Positions 31,417 through 42,817 of a stretch of DNA of 64,000 bases are shown in pieces. Source of the stretch: Gemmatimonadaceae bacterium (lineage in GTDB: Bacteria; Gemmatimonadota; Gemmatimonadetes; Gemmatimonadales; Gemmatimonadaceae); contig JBJMOW010000002.1 of the NCBI GenBank assembly GCA_045803545.1, positions 32,001 through 96,000 of the forward strand, written 5' to 3'. Position 1 is the stretch's first letter. The number at the start of each line of letters is the position of its first letter. The notes below the pieces were generated by a model that had not been told where the DNA came from, made no database searches, and was given only the letters and a program-made list of their open reading frames with translations. The translations under genes were made by a program, and so were the position numbers.

Positions 31417-32249
31417 CAATTCTTTCCATTGCTCAGGTTTGCCCGCCGCACCGTCTGCAGCAGCCACGCGTGCATCGCAGGGTTGCCGGCGACGAACGAT
31501 CCGGCAATCAGTGAAGGGGGATTTCCGTCGAGATCAGTGACGATTCCACCTGCCTCCTGGACGATGATGACGCCGGCAGCGACGTCCCATGGCGCGAGCA
31601 GCAATTCCCAGAACGCGTCAAACCGGCCGCAGGCAACGTTCGACAGGTCGAGCGCTGCCGAGCCGGCGCGGCGAATTCCCGCCGTGCCGCGCATGACCAA
31701 ATTGAACTGGTCGAGATACTCGGGCAACTTTTCGATTGTTTTGAAGGGGAATCCTGTGCCAATCAACGAGCGACCTGGATCCCGGAGGTTCGAGACGTGA
31801 ATCGGCTTGCCGTCCAGGAACGCGCCACCGCCTCGTGACGCGGCAAACTCCTCCGACCGCGCGACGTTGAGCACGACACCCGCGCAGAGGTCGCCGTCGC
31901 GCGCGATGGCGATCGAGACGGAGTATTCCGGATACCCGTGCAGAAAGTTGGTGGTACCGTCCAGCGGGTCTGCGATTACAACAAGACCCTCACCGGCGAT
32001 AGCGTCGGGCGACAACTCCTCACCTAGCAGAGTCGCAGTCGGCAGCCGTCGCTGAATCACTTCGGCGATGACGCGCTCCGAAGCCTTGTCTACCTCGCTG
32101 ACGAAGTCCGAGCGGCCCTTGGTTTCCCAAACGATCTTCTCGCGTTGAGCGGTTGCATCACGGATGACACGGGCGCCAGCGTGGGCCGCATCGAGTGCTA
32201 TCTCGAGCAGCGTCTGATTCGCCGTTTTCTCCTCTGAAATTGCTTGCAA
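31416..32249 (-). CDS. suhB: Inositol monophosphatase family protein
   Basis: LGEE, DPLDGTTNF, RRAGSAALDL, LAPWDVAAG. Confidence 0.9.
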   Translation of the reverse strand: MQAISEEKTANQTLLEIALDAAHAGARVIRDATAQREKIVWETKGRSDFVSEVDKASERVIAEVIQRRLPTATLLGEELSPDAIAGEGLVVIADPLDGTTNFLHGYPEYSVSIAIARDGDLCAGVVLNVARSEEFAASRGGGAFLDGKPIHVSNLRDPGRSLIGTGFPFKTIEKLPEYLDQFNLVMRGTAGIRRAGSAALDLSNVACGRFDAFWELLLAPWDVAAGVIIVQEAGGIVTDLDGNPPSLIAGSFVAGNPAMHAWLLQTVRRANLSNGKN

Positions 32250-32279
32250 CTCGTCTCTCTCGCTCTTTAATTACGCGCA

Positions 32280-33350
32280 ATGTCCCGCATCTTCAGCGGC
32301 ATTCAGCCCTCTGGCACCCTGCACATCGGAAATTACCTCGGCGCGGTGAAGAACTGGGTTGAGCTGCAGCACAAATACGAGTCTTTTTTCTGCATCGTCG
32401 ACTATCACGCCATTACGATTCCCTACGATCCGGCTGATTTGCGCGCCCGGACGTCGGAGATGGCGCTGGGGCTACTCGCGTCCGGCCTCGATCCGAAAAA
32501 GTGCACGCTGTTTGTGCAGTCGATGGTGCCGGAACATACCGAGCTTGCCTGGATATTCAACACGCTTACGCCGCTGGGTGAGCTCGAGCGACAGACCCAA
32601 TTCAAGGAGAAGGCGAGCCGCGAGGAAAGCGTGCCGGCGGGAATTTTGAATTATCCCGTGCTGCAGGCGGCGGACATCCTGTTGTATCGCGCCGATATGG
32701 TTCCCGTCGGGGAAGATCAGCTGCAGCATCTCGAGCTGTCACGGGAAATCGCGCGCAAGTGGAACGCGCGGTTCGACAAGCCGGCGGCTGGGAAGAAAGT
32801 CATTGCTACGGTGAAGTCCGCAGTCGGCGGCGAAGCGCAGCGCGAAGGATATTTCCCCGAGCCGAAGGGCTTGCTCACGCCAACCCGACGCGTGATGGGG
32901 CTGGATGGCCAGGCGAAGATGTCGAAGTCGCTGGGCAACACCGTCGATCTGCTCGAGGATCCCAAATCGATTTGGGAGAAGCTGAGGCCCGCGGTCACTG
33001 ATCCGAAGCGCGTTCGGCGTACCGATCCCGGAACGCCGGAGGTTTGCAACATCTATCATCTCCACAAGGCATTTAGCCCGCCGGAAACGGTGGAGCACGT
33101 CGCCGTCCAGTGCAGAACCGCAGGCTGGGGATGCATCGATTGCAAGAAAGTGCTCCACGAATCGATGGAGAGAGAGCTGGCGCCGATTCGCGTACGCGCA
33201 AAGGAGCTCGCCGGCAATCCCGGCCGGATGCGCAAGGACCTCGACACAGGCGCCGAGCGCGCCCGAGATGTCGCGCGCACCACAATGGCGGAAGTAAAGG
33301 AGAAGATGGGGTTCTTCGGCGCGGAGAATGGTTCACGCGCAGCTCGTTGA
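32280..33350 (+). CDS. trpS: Tryptophan--tRNA ligase
   Basis: SGIQPSGTLHIGNYLGA, YPVLQAADIL, VPVGEDQ, KMSKS. Confidence 0.98.
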   Translation: MSRIFSGIQPSGTLHIGNYLGAVKNWVELQHKYESFFCIVDYHAITIPYDPADLRARTSEMALGLLASGLDPKKCTLFVQSMVPEHTELAWIFNTLTPLGELERQTQFKEKASREESVPAGILNYPVLQAADILLYRADMVPVGEDQLQHLELSREIARKWNARFDKPAAGKKVIATVKSAVGGEAQREGYFPEPKGLLTPTRRVMGLDGQAKMSKSLGNTVDLLEDPKSIWEKLRPAVTDPKRVRRTDPGTPEVCNIYHLHKAFSPPETVEHVAVQCRTAGWGCIDCKKVLHESMERELAPIRVRAKELAGNPGRMRKDLDTGAERARDVARTTMAEVKEKMGFFGAENGSRAAR

Positions 33351-34431
33351 ACGCGCGAAATCGCTAATCGACGATCTCGCGAAAACGCCGCGCTTTGCCG
33401 GAAGCGCGGAGGAGACGACGGCGAGAGCGCGCTGCCGCCGTGAGCTTGAACAAGCCGGTTTCACTTGCGAGGAACTTCCGTTCGCGTACTCCCAGTGGCT
33501 TGCACGCTGGGCTGTTCCTCTCGTCTCCTTCGTTATCGGTATCACCGTTTATGCGATGGGCCGACTCGCTCAGTCCGGAAATCCGCTTGCCCCACTGGTA
33601 GCCCTGTGGGTGATGTGGTGGCCTCTCTGGGCGAGCGCGGTCAGCCCGCAACGCAATTGGGTTCTGACATTCCCGTGGTGCCGAGCGACCTCCGTGAATC
33701 TGGAGGCGCGACGCGGTGACCCGGTGGTATGGCTCGTTGCCCATCTGGACTCGAAATCTCAGACAGTTCCGATGCTGCTCCGTATCGTCGGAAGCATGTC
33801 GCTCTACATCGGGGCAATGCTGGTAACCCTCGGCGGTCTCGCGTTTTTAGTTTGGGGTGCGGTGGCCGTACCGGCGCTCCTCATCGCCCGGTTTTTGGCA
33901 ATTCTCGGTGCAATCACAGCGGGCCTTTGCGTTGTTCGAAACAAATCACCGGGCGCGGTAGACAACGCGAGTGGCGTTGCGGCGGTGCTGTTGGCTGCTC
34001 AGTCCCCGGATGCACCGGCGTCGCTCGGCGTGCTCATCACAAGTGGCGAGGAACTCGGCCTCGCTGGCGCGGTGGCGTGGGCACAGACAGCGCCCGACGA
34101 CCGCGTGATTCTGAATTGTGACACAGTCGACGAGGCTGGCACGTATCGATGCATGTACGGGCCGCAACCCGTGCGGGTCGCGGTGGCAGCGGAAACAGCG
34201 GCAAAGCGACTGGGTTTGCCGCTGAAACTCGGAAGGATGATCCCCGGCATCATGGCTGACAGCATGGTTTTCGCAAATCGGTGGCGGTGGTCCGCAGTAA
34301 CACTGAGCAGAGGAACGCTCGCTACACTCGCGCGCATTCATACCCGGCGCGATAATTCATCGACGCTGACCGGTGAGGGCGCCGCGCACGCGAGTGCTTT
34401 GCTCTCGGCAATGGCGAAGGAACTGAGCTGA
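33328..34431 (+). CDS. M28 family metallopeptidase with inserted TM segments
   Basis: VAHLDSK, GAVDNASGVA, GEELGLAGA, LNCD, IHTRRD. Confidence 0.75.
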   Translation: MVHAQLVERAKSLIDDLAKTPRFAGSAEETTARARCRRELEQAGFTCEELPFAYSQWLARWAVPLVSFVIGITVYAMGRLAQSGNPLAPLVALWVMWWPLWASAVSPQRNWVLTFPWCRATSVNLEARRGDPVVWLVAHLDSKSQTVPMLLRIVGSMSLYIGAMLVTLGGLAFLVWGAVAVPALLIARFLAILGAITAGLCVVRNKSPGAVDNASGVAAVLLAAQSPDAPASLGVLITSGEELGLAGAVAWAQTAPDDRVILNCDTVDEAGTYRCMYGPQPVRVAVAAETAAKRLGLPLKLGRMIPGIMADSMVFANRWRWSAVTLSRGTLATLARIHTRRDNSSTLTGEGAAHASALLSAMAKELS

Positions 34432-34922
34432 TGTATCTGACAATTCTGGCTGCAGTCATTCTCGTCTCCCTGATCCTGATCGTGCTCGGGCTACCTGGGC
34501 TATGGATCATGGTTGCCTCGGCGGTGACGTATAACCTCGTCGTTCCCGGCGACCCGATTGGCTGGTTTACACTCGTTGCTGTCGCCGTCCTTGCGTTGGT
34601 AGCCGAGCTACTGGATATATCGATGACCGGCAGCTACGCGCGCAAATACGGCGGCTCGCGTCGTGCAGGATGGGGTGCCGTTATCGGAAGCGTTGTCGGA
34701 GCGATGGTCGGATTTCCAGTTCCGATCATCGGCCCGGTGATTGGCGCATTCGTGGGCTCCTTCATTGGGGCACTCATTGCGGAATTCACCGGTGGATCGT
34801 CTGCAGGAGATGCCACTCGCGTCGCTAAAGGCGCCCTGATTGGACGCGTAGTATCTACTGTTCTCAAGATCGGCATCGGGTTCACGGTTGGTATCTGGAT
34901 CTTCATCGCTGCTATGAAATGA
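34431..34922 (+). CDS. DUF456 family membrane protein
   Basis: GLPG, ARKYGGSRRAGWGA, GAFVGSFIGALIAE. Confidence 0.8.
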   Translation: MYLTILAAVILVSLILIVLGLPGLWIMVASAVTYNLVVPGDPIGWFTLVAVAVLALVAELLDISMTGSYARKYGGSRRAGWGAVIGSVVGAMVGFPVPIIGPVIGAFVGSFIGALIAEFTGGSSAGDATRVAKGALIGRVVSTVLKIGIGFTVGIWIFIAAMK

Positions 34923-34977
34923 CCCGTCTGAAGAGCTACAGGAGTGATCGCATGATCGCCATCAGAGAAAGGCTGGC

Positions 34978-35769
34978 ATGACCGCCGAAAGCGTCTCCGC
35001 AAGCGAGCTCGCGCCCACCGAAGGGAAATACGTCTACTGCATCATCCGCAACGACCGGTCGCGCGACTTCGGCGAGATCGGCATCGGCAGTGGCGCGCGC
35101 GTATACACCGTCAATCACAAAGAACTCTCGGCGGTCGTCAGCGACACACCGATCGTGATTTACGATCCGACCCGCGAGAACGTGCTCGCACATGAATTCG
35201 TGAACGAGACGGTGATGCGGGAGTTCACACTGATCCCGATGTCGTTCGGGACTGTTTTCCGCTCCGAAAACGACGTGCTCGCGCTGCTCAAATCGACGTT
35301 CCAGGCGTTCACCGACGTCCTCGAGAAAATGCAGGACAAGATCGAGTTCGGTCTCAAAATTCTGTGGGATCGCGACAAGGTCGTGGCTGCCATCGAACGC
35401 GACAACGATGAGATCCGTCGGCTCAAGGACGAGATCACGCGGAACGCGGCCTCGTCGACGTACTTTGCGCGGATGCAGCTCGGCCGACTGGTCGAAGCTG
35501 CGATGGAAGAGGCGAGCAACCGCTACGTCAACGACATTCACGAACAACTGAAATCGGTGTCGGCCGCCAGCCGCAGCAACAAGGTCATCGGCGACCGCAT
35601 GATTCTCAACGCCGCGTTTCTGGTCGATCGGAAAGACGAGAAGTCGTTCGACGAAAAAGTGAAGGCGATCTCGGCGCAGTACGAAGACTTGCTCAGCTTC
35701 AAGTACACTGGCCCGTGGCCCCCTTATAACTTCGTGAACATCAAGCTGAAGCTGGAGAAGGCCACCTGA
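34978..35769 (+). CDS. gvpF: GvpF/GvpL family gas vesicle protein
   Basis: YVYCII, LAHEFV, LIPMSFGTVF, ILNAAFLV, YTGPWPPYNFV. Confidence 0.9.
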   Translation: MTAESVSASELAPTEGKYVYCIIRNDRSRDFGEIGIGSGARVYTVNHKELSAVVSDTPIVIYDPTRENVLAHEFVNETVMREFTLIPMSFGTVFRSENDVLALLKSTFQAFTDVLEKMQDKIEFGLKILWDRDKVVAAIERDNDEIRRLKDEITRNAASSTYFARMQLGRLVEAAMEEASNRYVNDIHEQLKSVSAASRSNKVIGDRMILNAAFLVDRKDEKSFDEKVKAISAQYEDLLSFKYTGPWPPYNFVNIKLKLEKAT

Positions 35770-35779
35770 GACGCGGCTG

Positions 35780-36082
35780 ATGGGACTGCTCACCAACATC
35801 CTGCTTGCGCCATTCCTCGGTCCGGTGTGGGGCACGCGCTTTACGCTCGACAAAGTCGATCGTGCGGTCCGCGAGCAGCTCACCGACGATACTCCGATCA
35901 AGGAAGATCTGATGGCGCTCCAGCTCAAGCTGGAAACGGGGGAGATCGACGACGAGCAGTACGTTCAGCAGGAAACCGAAATCATGCAGCGCCTGCGAGA
36001 TGTGCGTGAATGGCGCGAGCGGTTCGGCATGTCGGTTGGCGGTGGGCCCGTTCGCGTCGCAGAGGGCGACGAGACGGAATAG
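35780..36082 (+). CDS. gvpG: Gas vesicle protein GvpG
   Basis: MGLLTNILLAP..GPV, LQLKLETGEIDDEQY..QE.EIMQRL; position after gvpF. Confidence 0.85.
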   Translation: MGLLTNILLAPFLGPVWGTRFTLDKVDRAVREQLTDDTPIKEDLMALQLKLETGEIDDEQYVQQETEIMQRLRDVREWRERFGMSVGGGPVRVAEGDETE

Positions 36083-36101
36083 CTCCAAACTTCAATCACC
36101 G

Positions 36102-36902
36102 ATGATCGAGCGTCTCTGTTACGTCTACGGTGTCGTGCCTGCCTCGATCAATCCTGCAACAGCGCCGAAAGGGATCGAGCAGGGAACCGTTAATCTGATT
36201 GCGAACGGTGATTTCGCGGCGCTGGCGACCTCGGTGAGGGGTGACGACTACGCGCCCGCGCGCGTAGAGACACTCACGGCGGACGTCGACTGGGTCAGTG
36301 AGCGAGCGATGGTGCACGACCGCGTTCTAACGTGGGCGTCAGACAATGGCTCAGTGGTTCCTTTCCCGATGTGGACGCTCTTTCGGGACGCAGAAGCCGT
36401 GAAGACGATGCTGTCGAAGAGATCAGCCGAACTTCGCCAGACCTTTAACCGACTCGGAAACGGAAGAGAGTTCATCGTTCGTATCTACGTCCAGTCTGAC
36501 ACCCTGATGCAAAACCTCAACACCCACGTCGCCGAGCTGCGGCAAATAGAGGATGAGGCTGCGAACGCATCACCCGGTCAGAAGTATTTGCTGCAGCGGA
36601 AGCTCGAAGGCCTTCGTCGCGACGCGGGCAGAGACGTGGCCGGCAAGGCTGCGGCGGAAATTCTTGATTCTCTGACGCGCTGTGCGATGGATACCGTGCG
36701 TGAACAGCCGGTGAACTCCGGCGCTCCGCGCGAGCAGGGCCGCGCGATTCTCAATGCGTCGTTCCTCGTCGCTCCGTCGCGCCTCGTCGATTTCCAGCGC
36801 GCTCTCACGTCGATGGTCGAGAAATACGAGGGATCGGGCTTCAAGTTCGATTTCACGGGTCCGTGGCCGCCTTATCACTTCGTCGGTGAGCGTTCCGAGT
36901 GA
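36102..36902 (+). CDS. gvpL: GvpL/GvpF family gas vesicle protein
   Basis: YVYGVV, HDRVL, SPGQKYL, ILNASFLV, FTGPWPPYHFV; ATG at 36102. Confidence 0.88.
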   Translation: MIERLCYVYGVVPASINPATAPKGIEQGTVNLIANGDFAALATSVRGDDYAPARVETLTADVDWVSERAMVHDRVLTWASDNGSVVPFPMWTLFRDAEAVKTMLSKRSAELRQTFNRLGNGREFIVRIYVQSDTLMQNLNTHVAELRQIEDEAANASPGQKYLLQRKLEGLRRDAGRDVAGKAAAEILDSLTRCAMDTVREQPVNSGAPREQGRAILNASFLVAPSRLVDFQRALTSMVEKYEGSGFKFDFTGPWPPYHFVGERSE

Positions 36903-37483
36903 CTGAAGTCGATGATCTGCTCGGAGAATCGCGGGTCGAGCTGTCAGAGATGCTCAGCCACATTCTCGACAAGGGAGTGGTCTTACGCGGCGAAGTGATG
37001 CTTGCTGTCGCCGACATCGATTTGATCAAACTGGATCTCGGACTCCTGCTGACTGGCGTCGAGACGGTGCTTCGACGTCAGCATACGAGACAAGCGGCAT
37101 CGACCGAGCTGGAGCATGTGGGGGAACTCCCTCGCACCGGCGAAAGCGAGGCGGTGCGCGCGATAAACCCGCCGAGCGACGCTCCGATTACACCGCTTGT
37201 AGAGGTTGCAGAAGGCTTACCGCCGCGTCTTAATACAGATCCGGAAAAGGTGGAGAACGGGCTTGCCAAGCTCGTCTTGACCTTGATTGAGGTATTGCGT
37301 AAGGTCTTAGAGCACCAGGCAGTTCGACGAATGGAGGGCGGTCATCTCAGCGAAGCCGAGATCGAAAAACTCGGTATCGCGATGCTGCGCCTCAACGACC
37401 GAATGCAGGAGATGAAGGATATCTTCGGATTGACCGATGAAGATCTCCAGATCGACCTGGGCCCCCTTGGCAAGTTACGATAA
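36899..37483 (+). CDS. gvpK: GvpS/J-like domain fused to GvpK
   Basis: N-terminal ILDKGVVLRGEVMLAVADIDLI (GvpA/J/S family); C-terminal GLAKLVLTLIEVLRKVLEHQAVRRMEGG...DLQIDLGPLG (GvpK). Confidence 0.85.
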   Translation: MTEVDDLLGESRVELSEMLSHILDKGVVLRGEVMLAVADIDLIKLDLGLLLTGVETVLRRQHTRQAASTELEHVGELPRTGESEAVRAINPPSDAPITPLVEVAEGLPPRLNTDPEKVENGLAKLVLTLIEVLRKVLEHQAVRRMEGGHLSEAEIEKLGIAMLRLNDRMQEMKDIFGLTDEDLQIDLGPLGKLR

Positions 37484-37513
37484 CCGGCGCACGAGCCGAA
37501 CGGAGACGAGTGC

Positions 37514-37789
37514 TTGGCAGACCTAGTATCCCCGTCGCGCAGTTACGGGCTCGTCGACGTCCTCGACCGTGTGCTCGACAAGGGTCTCGTTGTCGTCGGC
37601 GACATCAAGATCAATCTTGCCAATGTCGAGCTACTAACGATTCAGGTTCGTCTTCTGATTTGCTCCATCGACAAAGCGGAGCAGATCGGTCTCAACTGGT
37701 GGCGCACTGATCCACGCCTGAGTACTCACGCGCGACCGGCAGTCAAAGACTCTTCAACCACCGCCTCGGCAGCAAGACCACAGGAGTAA
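37514..37789 (+). CDS. gvpJ: GvpJ-like gas vesicle protein (GvpA/J family)
   Basis: [51 protein letters not shown]. Confidence 0.85.
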   Translation: MADLVSPSRSYGLVDVLDRVLDKGLVVVGDIKINLANVELLTIQVRLLICSIDKAEQIGLNWWRTDPRLSTHARPAVKDSSTTASAARPQE

Positions 37790-37793
37790 AGAA

Positions 37794-38099
37794 ATGGCAG
37801 TCGAACGTTCCCCGAGCGGTAGCTCGCTGATTGATGTACTCGATCGCGTACTCGACAAAGGTATCGTCATCGACGCGTGGGTTCGGGTGTCGCTTGTAGG
37901 TATCGAGCTCGCCACCGTCGAAGCACGCATCGTCGTTGCATCCATCGATACCTACCTCAAGTACTCCGAAGCAGTCGGACTCAGCGCGCCGGTTTCCAGA
38001 CCGCGTGAATCGCTTACGGCTGGCGGAGCCGAGGAGCTCGAGAGGATGCGATCTGAAAACGCAGATCTGAAGCGGCGGCTTGAGCGACTCCAAGCGTGA
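37794..38099 (+). CDS. gvpA: Major gas vesicle shell protein GvpA
   Basis: [59 protein letters not shown]. Confidence 0.95.
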   Translation: MAVERSPSGSSLIDVLDRVLDKGIVIDAWVRVSLVGIELATVEARIVVASIDTYLKYSEAVGLSAPVSRPRESLTAGGAEELERMRSENADLKRRLERLQA

Positions 38100-40380
38100 G
38101 AGCGCCGCGGTAACGCCGAGCCCGCAGCTCAGCGGAGAACGATTAGCCGAACTTCTTTCGGCGATCTCTGAGGCACCAGATTTCAGAACTGCGGCGACTT
38201 ACATGATCGCGCAGTTCGTGGACATTGTCGGAGCGCGACGTGCGATCGCGCTCACGCTCGACAGTCCGCCGAAGTGCTTCGTTACCGTCGCGAGCGTGGG
38301 ATTCGAGACGGAACAGCTGCCGCCCCTGTCCCTGTCGACGGACGACTTGTCGAATCCGCTGGTCGTGTCGGCGCTGTCGTTGCACGCGGTAAGTTGTGAC
38401 CAGGCGACGCCGGCGGCGGCCCTGCCGTTCAGCGAGTGGACTGCGATACCGTTCCCCCAGCCACAGTTCCGGGGTGCGCCTCATCTCCTCACTGACGCCG
38501 AGGTCGAGGCCGTGCAGCTCACCCGTTGTGAGGTGCGGCGGAATCTGGTCGCTGAGCGCCGTCGCAAGCTCGGTCATGCGCCGGGTGGAGTAGTTCTCCT
38601 CGAGGCCACGATCGAGGACGAGACGATTTCCGCGTTGCTGCATGCGGCGGCGCTCGCCGGACCGGTTTTGTCGCGCATGGCGGCGGTCGAGGAATTCCGC
38701 CTCTCCACGGCGCGCCTCGATTCGCAGCGTGAGATGCTGACCACGATCATGAACTCGTTGCCGGATCCGATAGTGATCATCAACGAAGACCGCCTGATCA
38801 TCGCGCAGAATCAGCGCGCCGAACATCTGATGTCGACCACCGATCACGATTCCGAGGGCAGACGGCGCGCGGTGGAGATCAACAATCTGCTCTTTACGTC
38901 GCACCTCTCGAAGGCCGCAATGGGAGCGACCGAACCGGCGATCTCCCGCGAGCTCAATCTTGTCGATCCTGATGAAGGAACCGACCTGCTGTTCGAGGTT
39001 CTGACTCACACACTTCCGTCCAGCGATACACGCTCGGTGTCGACGGTGACGGTGCTGCGCGACGTCACTGACCTGCGCCGCGCAGCCAACGAGCTCGAAC
39101 GCCAGGTGCAGCGCGTACGTCTGGCAGAGATCGACGCCAAACGCGAGCGTGACCGCCTGAACCTGATCCTCGAAAACGTCGCCGATCCGATTCTCGTCAC
39201 CGACGATCGGTCGAACATCATCCTGATGAACAAGGAGGCGGAACAGCTGTTCGAGGCGGACGACGGCGCGAACTGGGAGCGCTCCCAGACGGTTCAGGCG
39301 AACGACACCAAGTTCACGACCTTCATATCGGATTTCGCCAATAGCCCGGCACTGGCGCGTCGGGAGCAGATGAAGCTCCACATCCCGGATTCGACGACAG
39401 AATTGCCCGTTGAAGTCGTCTCCGGAAAGATTCTGAATCGGCGCGGCGAACCGCTGGCGATCGTCTCGGTTCTGCACGACCTCACGCAGCAGGTCGAAAA
39501 TGAGCGGCTTTACGACGAGCTAAAGACGTTCTCCAATGAGCTCGAGGAAAGAATCCGCGCGGCCACTGCCGACCTCGCCGAGCAGAACACGCGATTGCAG
39601 TGGCAGTCTCGCGAGCTGGAGAAGGCCAACCGCCTGAAGTCCGAGTTTCTGGCCAGCATGTCGCACGAGTTGCGCACGCCGATCAACGCGCTCATCGGAT
39701 ACGCGTCGTTGATGCTGGACCGGATCTACGGTGATCTCACGCCGCGCCAGGAAGAAGGTCTTAATCGCATTCAGGGCGCGGCGCAGCATCTGCTCGCGTT
39801 GATCAACGACATTCTGGACCTCGCCAAGATCGAGGCCGGCAGAATGCCGCTGCACCTCGACGACGTGAGGCTGGCGGACATCATGACCGAGATCTCGCAG
39901 CAGATCGAGCCGCTCGTGAAGAAGAAGAAGCTCAGTTTCAATGTCGAGATGTCGAACGGCAATCAGGTGCTGCACACCGATCGCACCAAGGTGAAACAGA
40001 TTCTGCTCAACCTGCTGTCGAATGCTGTGAAGTTCACCCACCACGGCGGCATCACCGTCACAATCTCGAAGGATGAGGCGGATCTTCGCTTCGACGTTAC
40101 CGACACGGGCATCGGAATCCGGGCGGAAGATCTGGGATCTATCTGGGAAGACTTCCGGCAGGTCGATCAATCCCGAACCCGCGAATTCGGAGGAACCGGA
40201 CTGGGTCTGAGCATCACCCGTAAACTCGTGGATGCATTGGGCGGACATGTCTTCGCGCAAAGCGTATTCGGAAAAGGATCAACGTTTACGGTGATTCTTC
40301 CGATCCGAAGCGTGGTGCGGCCGGACGATCCACCCAGACTGATCGACGAAATCCCGGCGCCGTCGCCTGTGGAGCGTTGA
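38080..40380 (+). CDS. Soluble sensor histidine kinase (GAF-like, 2 PAS, HisKA, HATPase)
   Basis: PAS starts [12 protein letters not shown] and [48 protein letters not shown]; no TM segment; start codon uncertain. Confidence 0.9.
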   Translation: MSDSKRESAAVTPSPQLSGERLAELLSAISEAPDFRTAATYMIAQFVDIVGARRAIALTLDSPPKCFVTVASVGFETEQLPPLSLSTDDLSNPLVVSALSLHAVSCDQATPAAALPFSEWTAIPFPQPQFRGAPHLLTDAEVEAVQLTRCEVRRNLVAERRRKLGHAPGGVVLLEATIEDETISALLHAAALAGPVLSRMAAVEEFRLSTARLDSQREMLTTIMNSLPDPIVIINEDRLIIAQNQRAEHLMSTTDHDSEGRRRAVEINNLLFTSHLSKAAMGATEPAISRELNLVDPDEGTDLLFEVLTHTLPSSDTRSVSTVTVLRDVTDLRRAANELERQVQRVRLAEIDAKRERDRLNLILENVADPILVTDDRSNIILMNKEAEQLFEADDGANWERSQTVQANDTKFTTFISDFANSPALARREQMKLHIPDSTTELPVEVVSGKILNRRGEPLAIVSVLHDLTQQVENERLYDELKTFSNELEERIRAATADLAEQNTRLQWQSRELEKANRLKSEFLASMSHELRTPINALIGYASLMLDRIYGDLTPRQEEGLNRIQGAAQHLLALINDILDLAKIEAGRMPLHLDDVRLADIMTEISQQIEPLVKKKKLSFNVEMSNGNQVLHTDRTKVKQILLNLLSNAVKFTHHGGITVTISKDEADLRFDVTDTGIGIRAEDLGSIWEDFRQVDQSRTREFGGTGLGLSITRKLVDALGGHVFAQSVFGKGSTFTVILPIRSVVRPDDPPRLIDEIPAPSPVER

Positions 40381-40409
40381 CACTCAACTCTCCATCGGTA
40401 GATTGAACC

Positions 40410-40448
40410 AACGCCCCGAGCGCTCAGCTTCCGGGGCGTTTGCTTTTC
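40410..40448 (+). terminator. Intrinsic terminator closing the gvp-histidine kinase unit
   Basis: AACGCCCCG...CGGGGCGTT stem followed by TGCTTTT. Confidence 0.6.
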
Positions 40449-40467
40449 CTCTCCCCCTCTTCCTTGA

Positions 40468-41781
<1,314 letters not shown>

Positions 41782-41797
41782 TCCTCGCATCAGACTG

Positions 41798-42817
41798 ATG
41801 GCAAAAGACGCAGATCTGGTAATAGTAGGCGGTGGGCCGTGCGGTCTCGCCGCGGCCGTGTCCGCGCAGCGCGCGGGTCTGAAGCCGCTGGTAATCGAAA
41901 GCGGTGTTGTGGTCAGCACCATCGAGTCGTATCCGACTTATGTCCGATTTTTCTCGACCGCGGAGAAGCTGACGATCGGCGGCCTCCCATTCGTGATTGC
42001 TACCGAGAAACCGACGCGTCGTGATGCGCTCGCCTATTACCGCGCGGTCGTCACCTATTTTCAGGTTCCTTTGCGTCAGCGGGAACGCGTTGTGGCGATT
42101 CGCGGTAAAGCTGATGATTTCACCGTCCTCTCGGTGAATGCGGCCGGCGAAGAGATGCAGACGAGCACTGGCGCCGTAGTCATCGCGACTGGCTACTTCG
42201 GGTCGCCCAATCGTCTCGGCGTGCCAGGCGAGAATCTTCCACACGTCACACATGTCTACCGGGAAGGCCACGAAGCGTTTCTGCAGGACGTGATCGTTGT
42301 TGGCGGGGGGAATTCCGCCGCCGAGGCGGCACTCGACCTTTGGCGCTCGGGTGCGCGCGCAACGCTCGTTCACTTTGGGCCCGGCTTCGACAAGAAGATC
42401 AAGCCGTGGGTGCTTCCCGACTTCACCAATCGCGCGAAGGAAGGCCAGATCCACGTTTGTTGGGACAGTCGCGTAAAGGAGATTTATCCCGATGAAGTGC
42501 TGTTGACGACGCCGAACGGCGAGCAGCGATTGAAAGCAGATCGTGTGTACGTCATGACCGGTTTCGCACCGAGTCTGGAACTGCTGCGCGAAACTGGCGT
42601 GCCCGTCGATCCAAAAACCGGAATTCCGGCGCACGACTCCGCGACTCTCGAGACTGCAGTTCCGGGAGTATTCATTGCCGGTGTCGTGGTCGCGGGTTAC
42701 GACGCCAACAAAGTCTTCATCGAAAACGGTCGCTATCATGGTGACCGCGTCGTGGCGCGTCTTCTCGGCAAGCGCGCCCCTGCTGAACCAAGACTGAGCG
42801 CCGAGCTCGACACGTAG
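41798..42817 (+). CDS. ypdA: YpdA family putative bacillithiol disulfide reductase
   Basis: GGGPCGL, FFSTAEKL, KPTRRDALAYY, IKPWVLP, FIENGRYHG. Confidence 0.85.
   Translation: MAKDADLVIVGGGPCGLAAAVSAQRAGLKPLVIESGVVVSTIESYPTYVRFFSTAEKLTIGGLPFVIATEKPTRRDALAYYRAVVTYFQVPLRQRERVVAIRGKADDFTVLSVNAAGEEMQTSTGAVVIATGYFGSPNRLGVPGENLPHVTHVYREGHEAFLQDVIVVGGGNSAAEAALDLWRSGARATLVHFGPGFDKKIKPWVLPDFTNRAKEGQIHVCWDSRVKEIYPDEVLLTTPNGEQRLKADRVYVMTGFAPSLELLRETGVPVDPKTGIPAHDSATLETAVPGVFIAGVVVAGYDANKVFIENGRYHGDRVVARLLGKRAPAEPRLSAELDT

Noticed and set aside
38143..40260. 444-aa and 246-aa antisense ORFs over the histidine kinase
   Set aside because: Antisense shadows of a clearly real kinase gene
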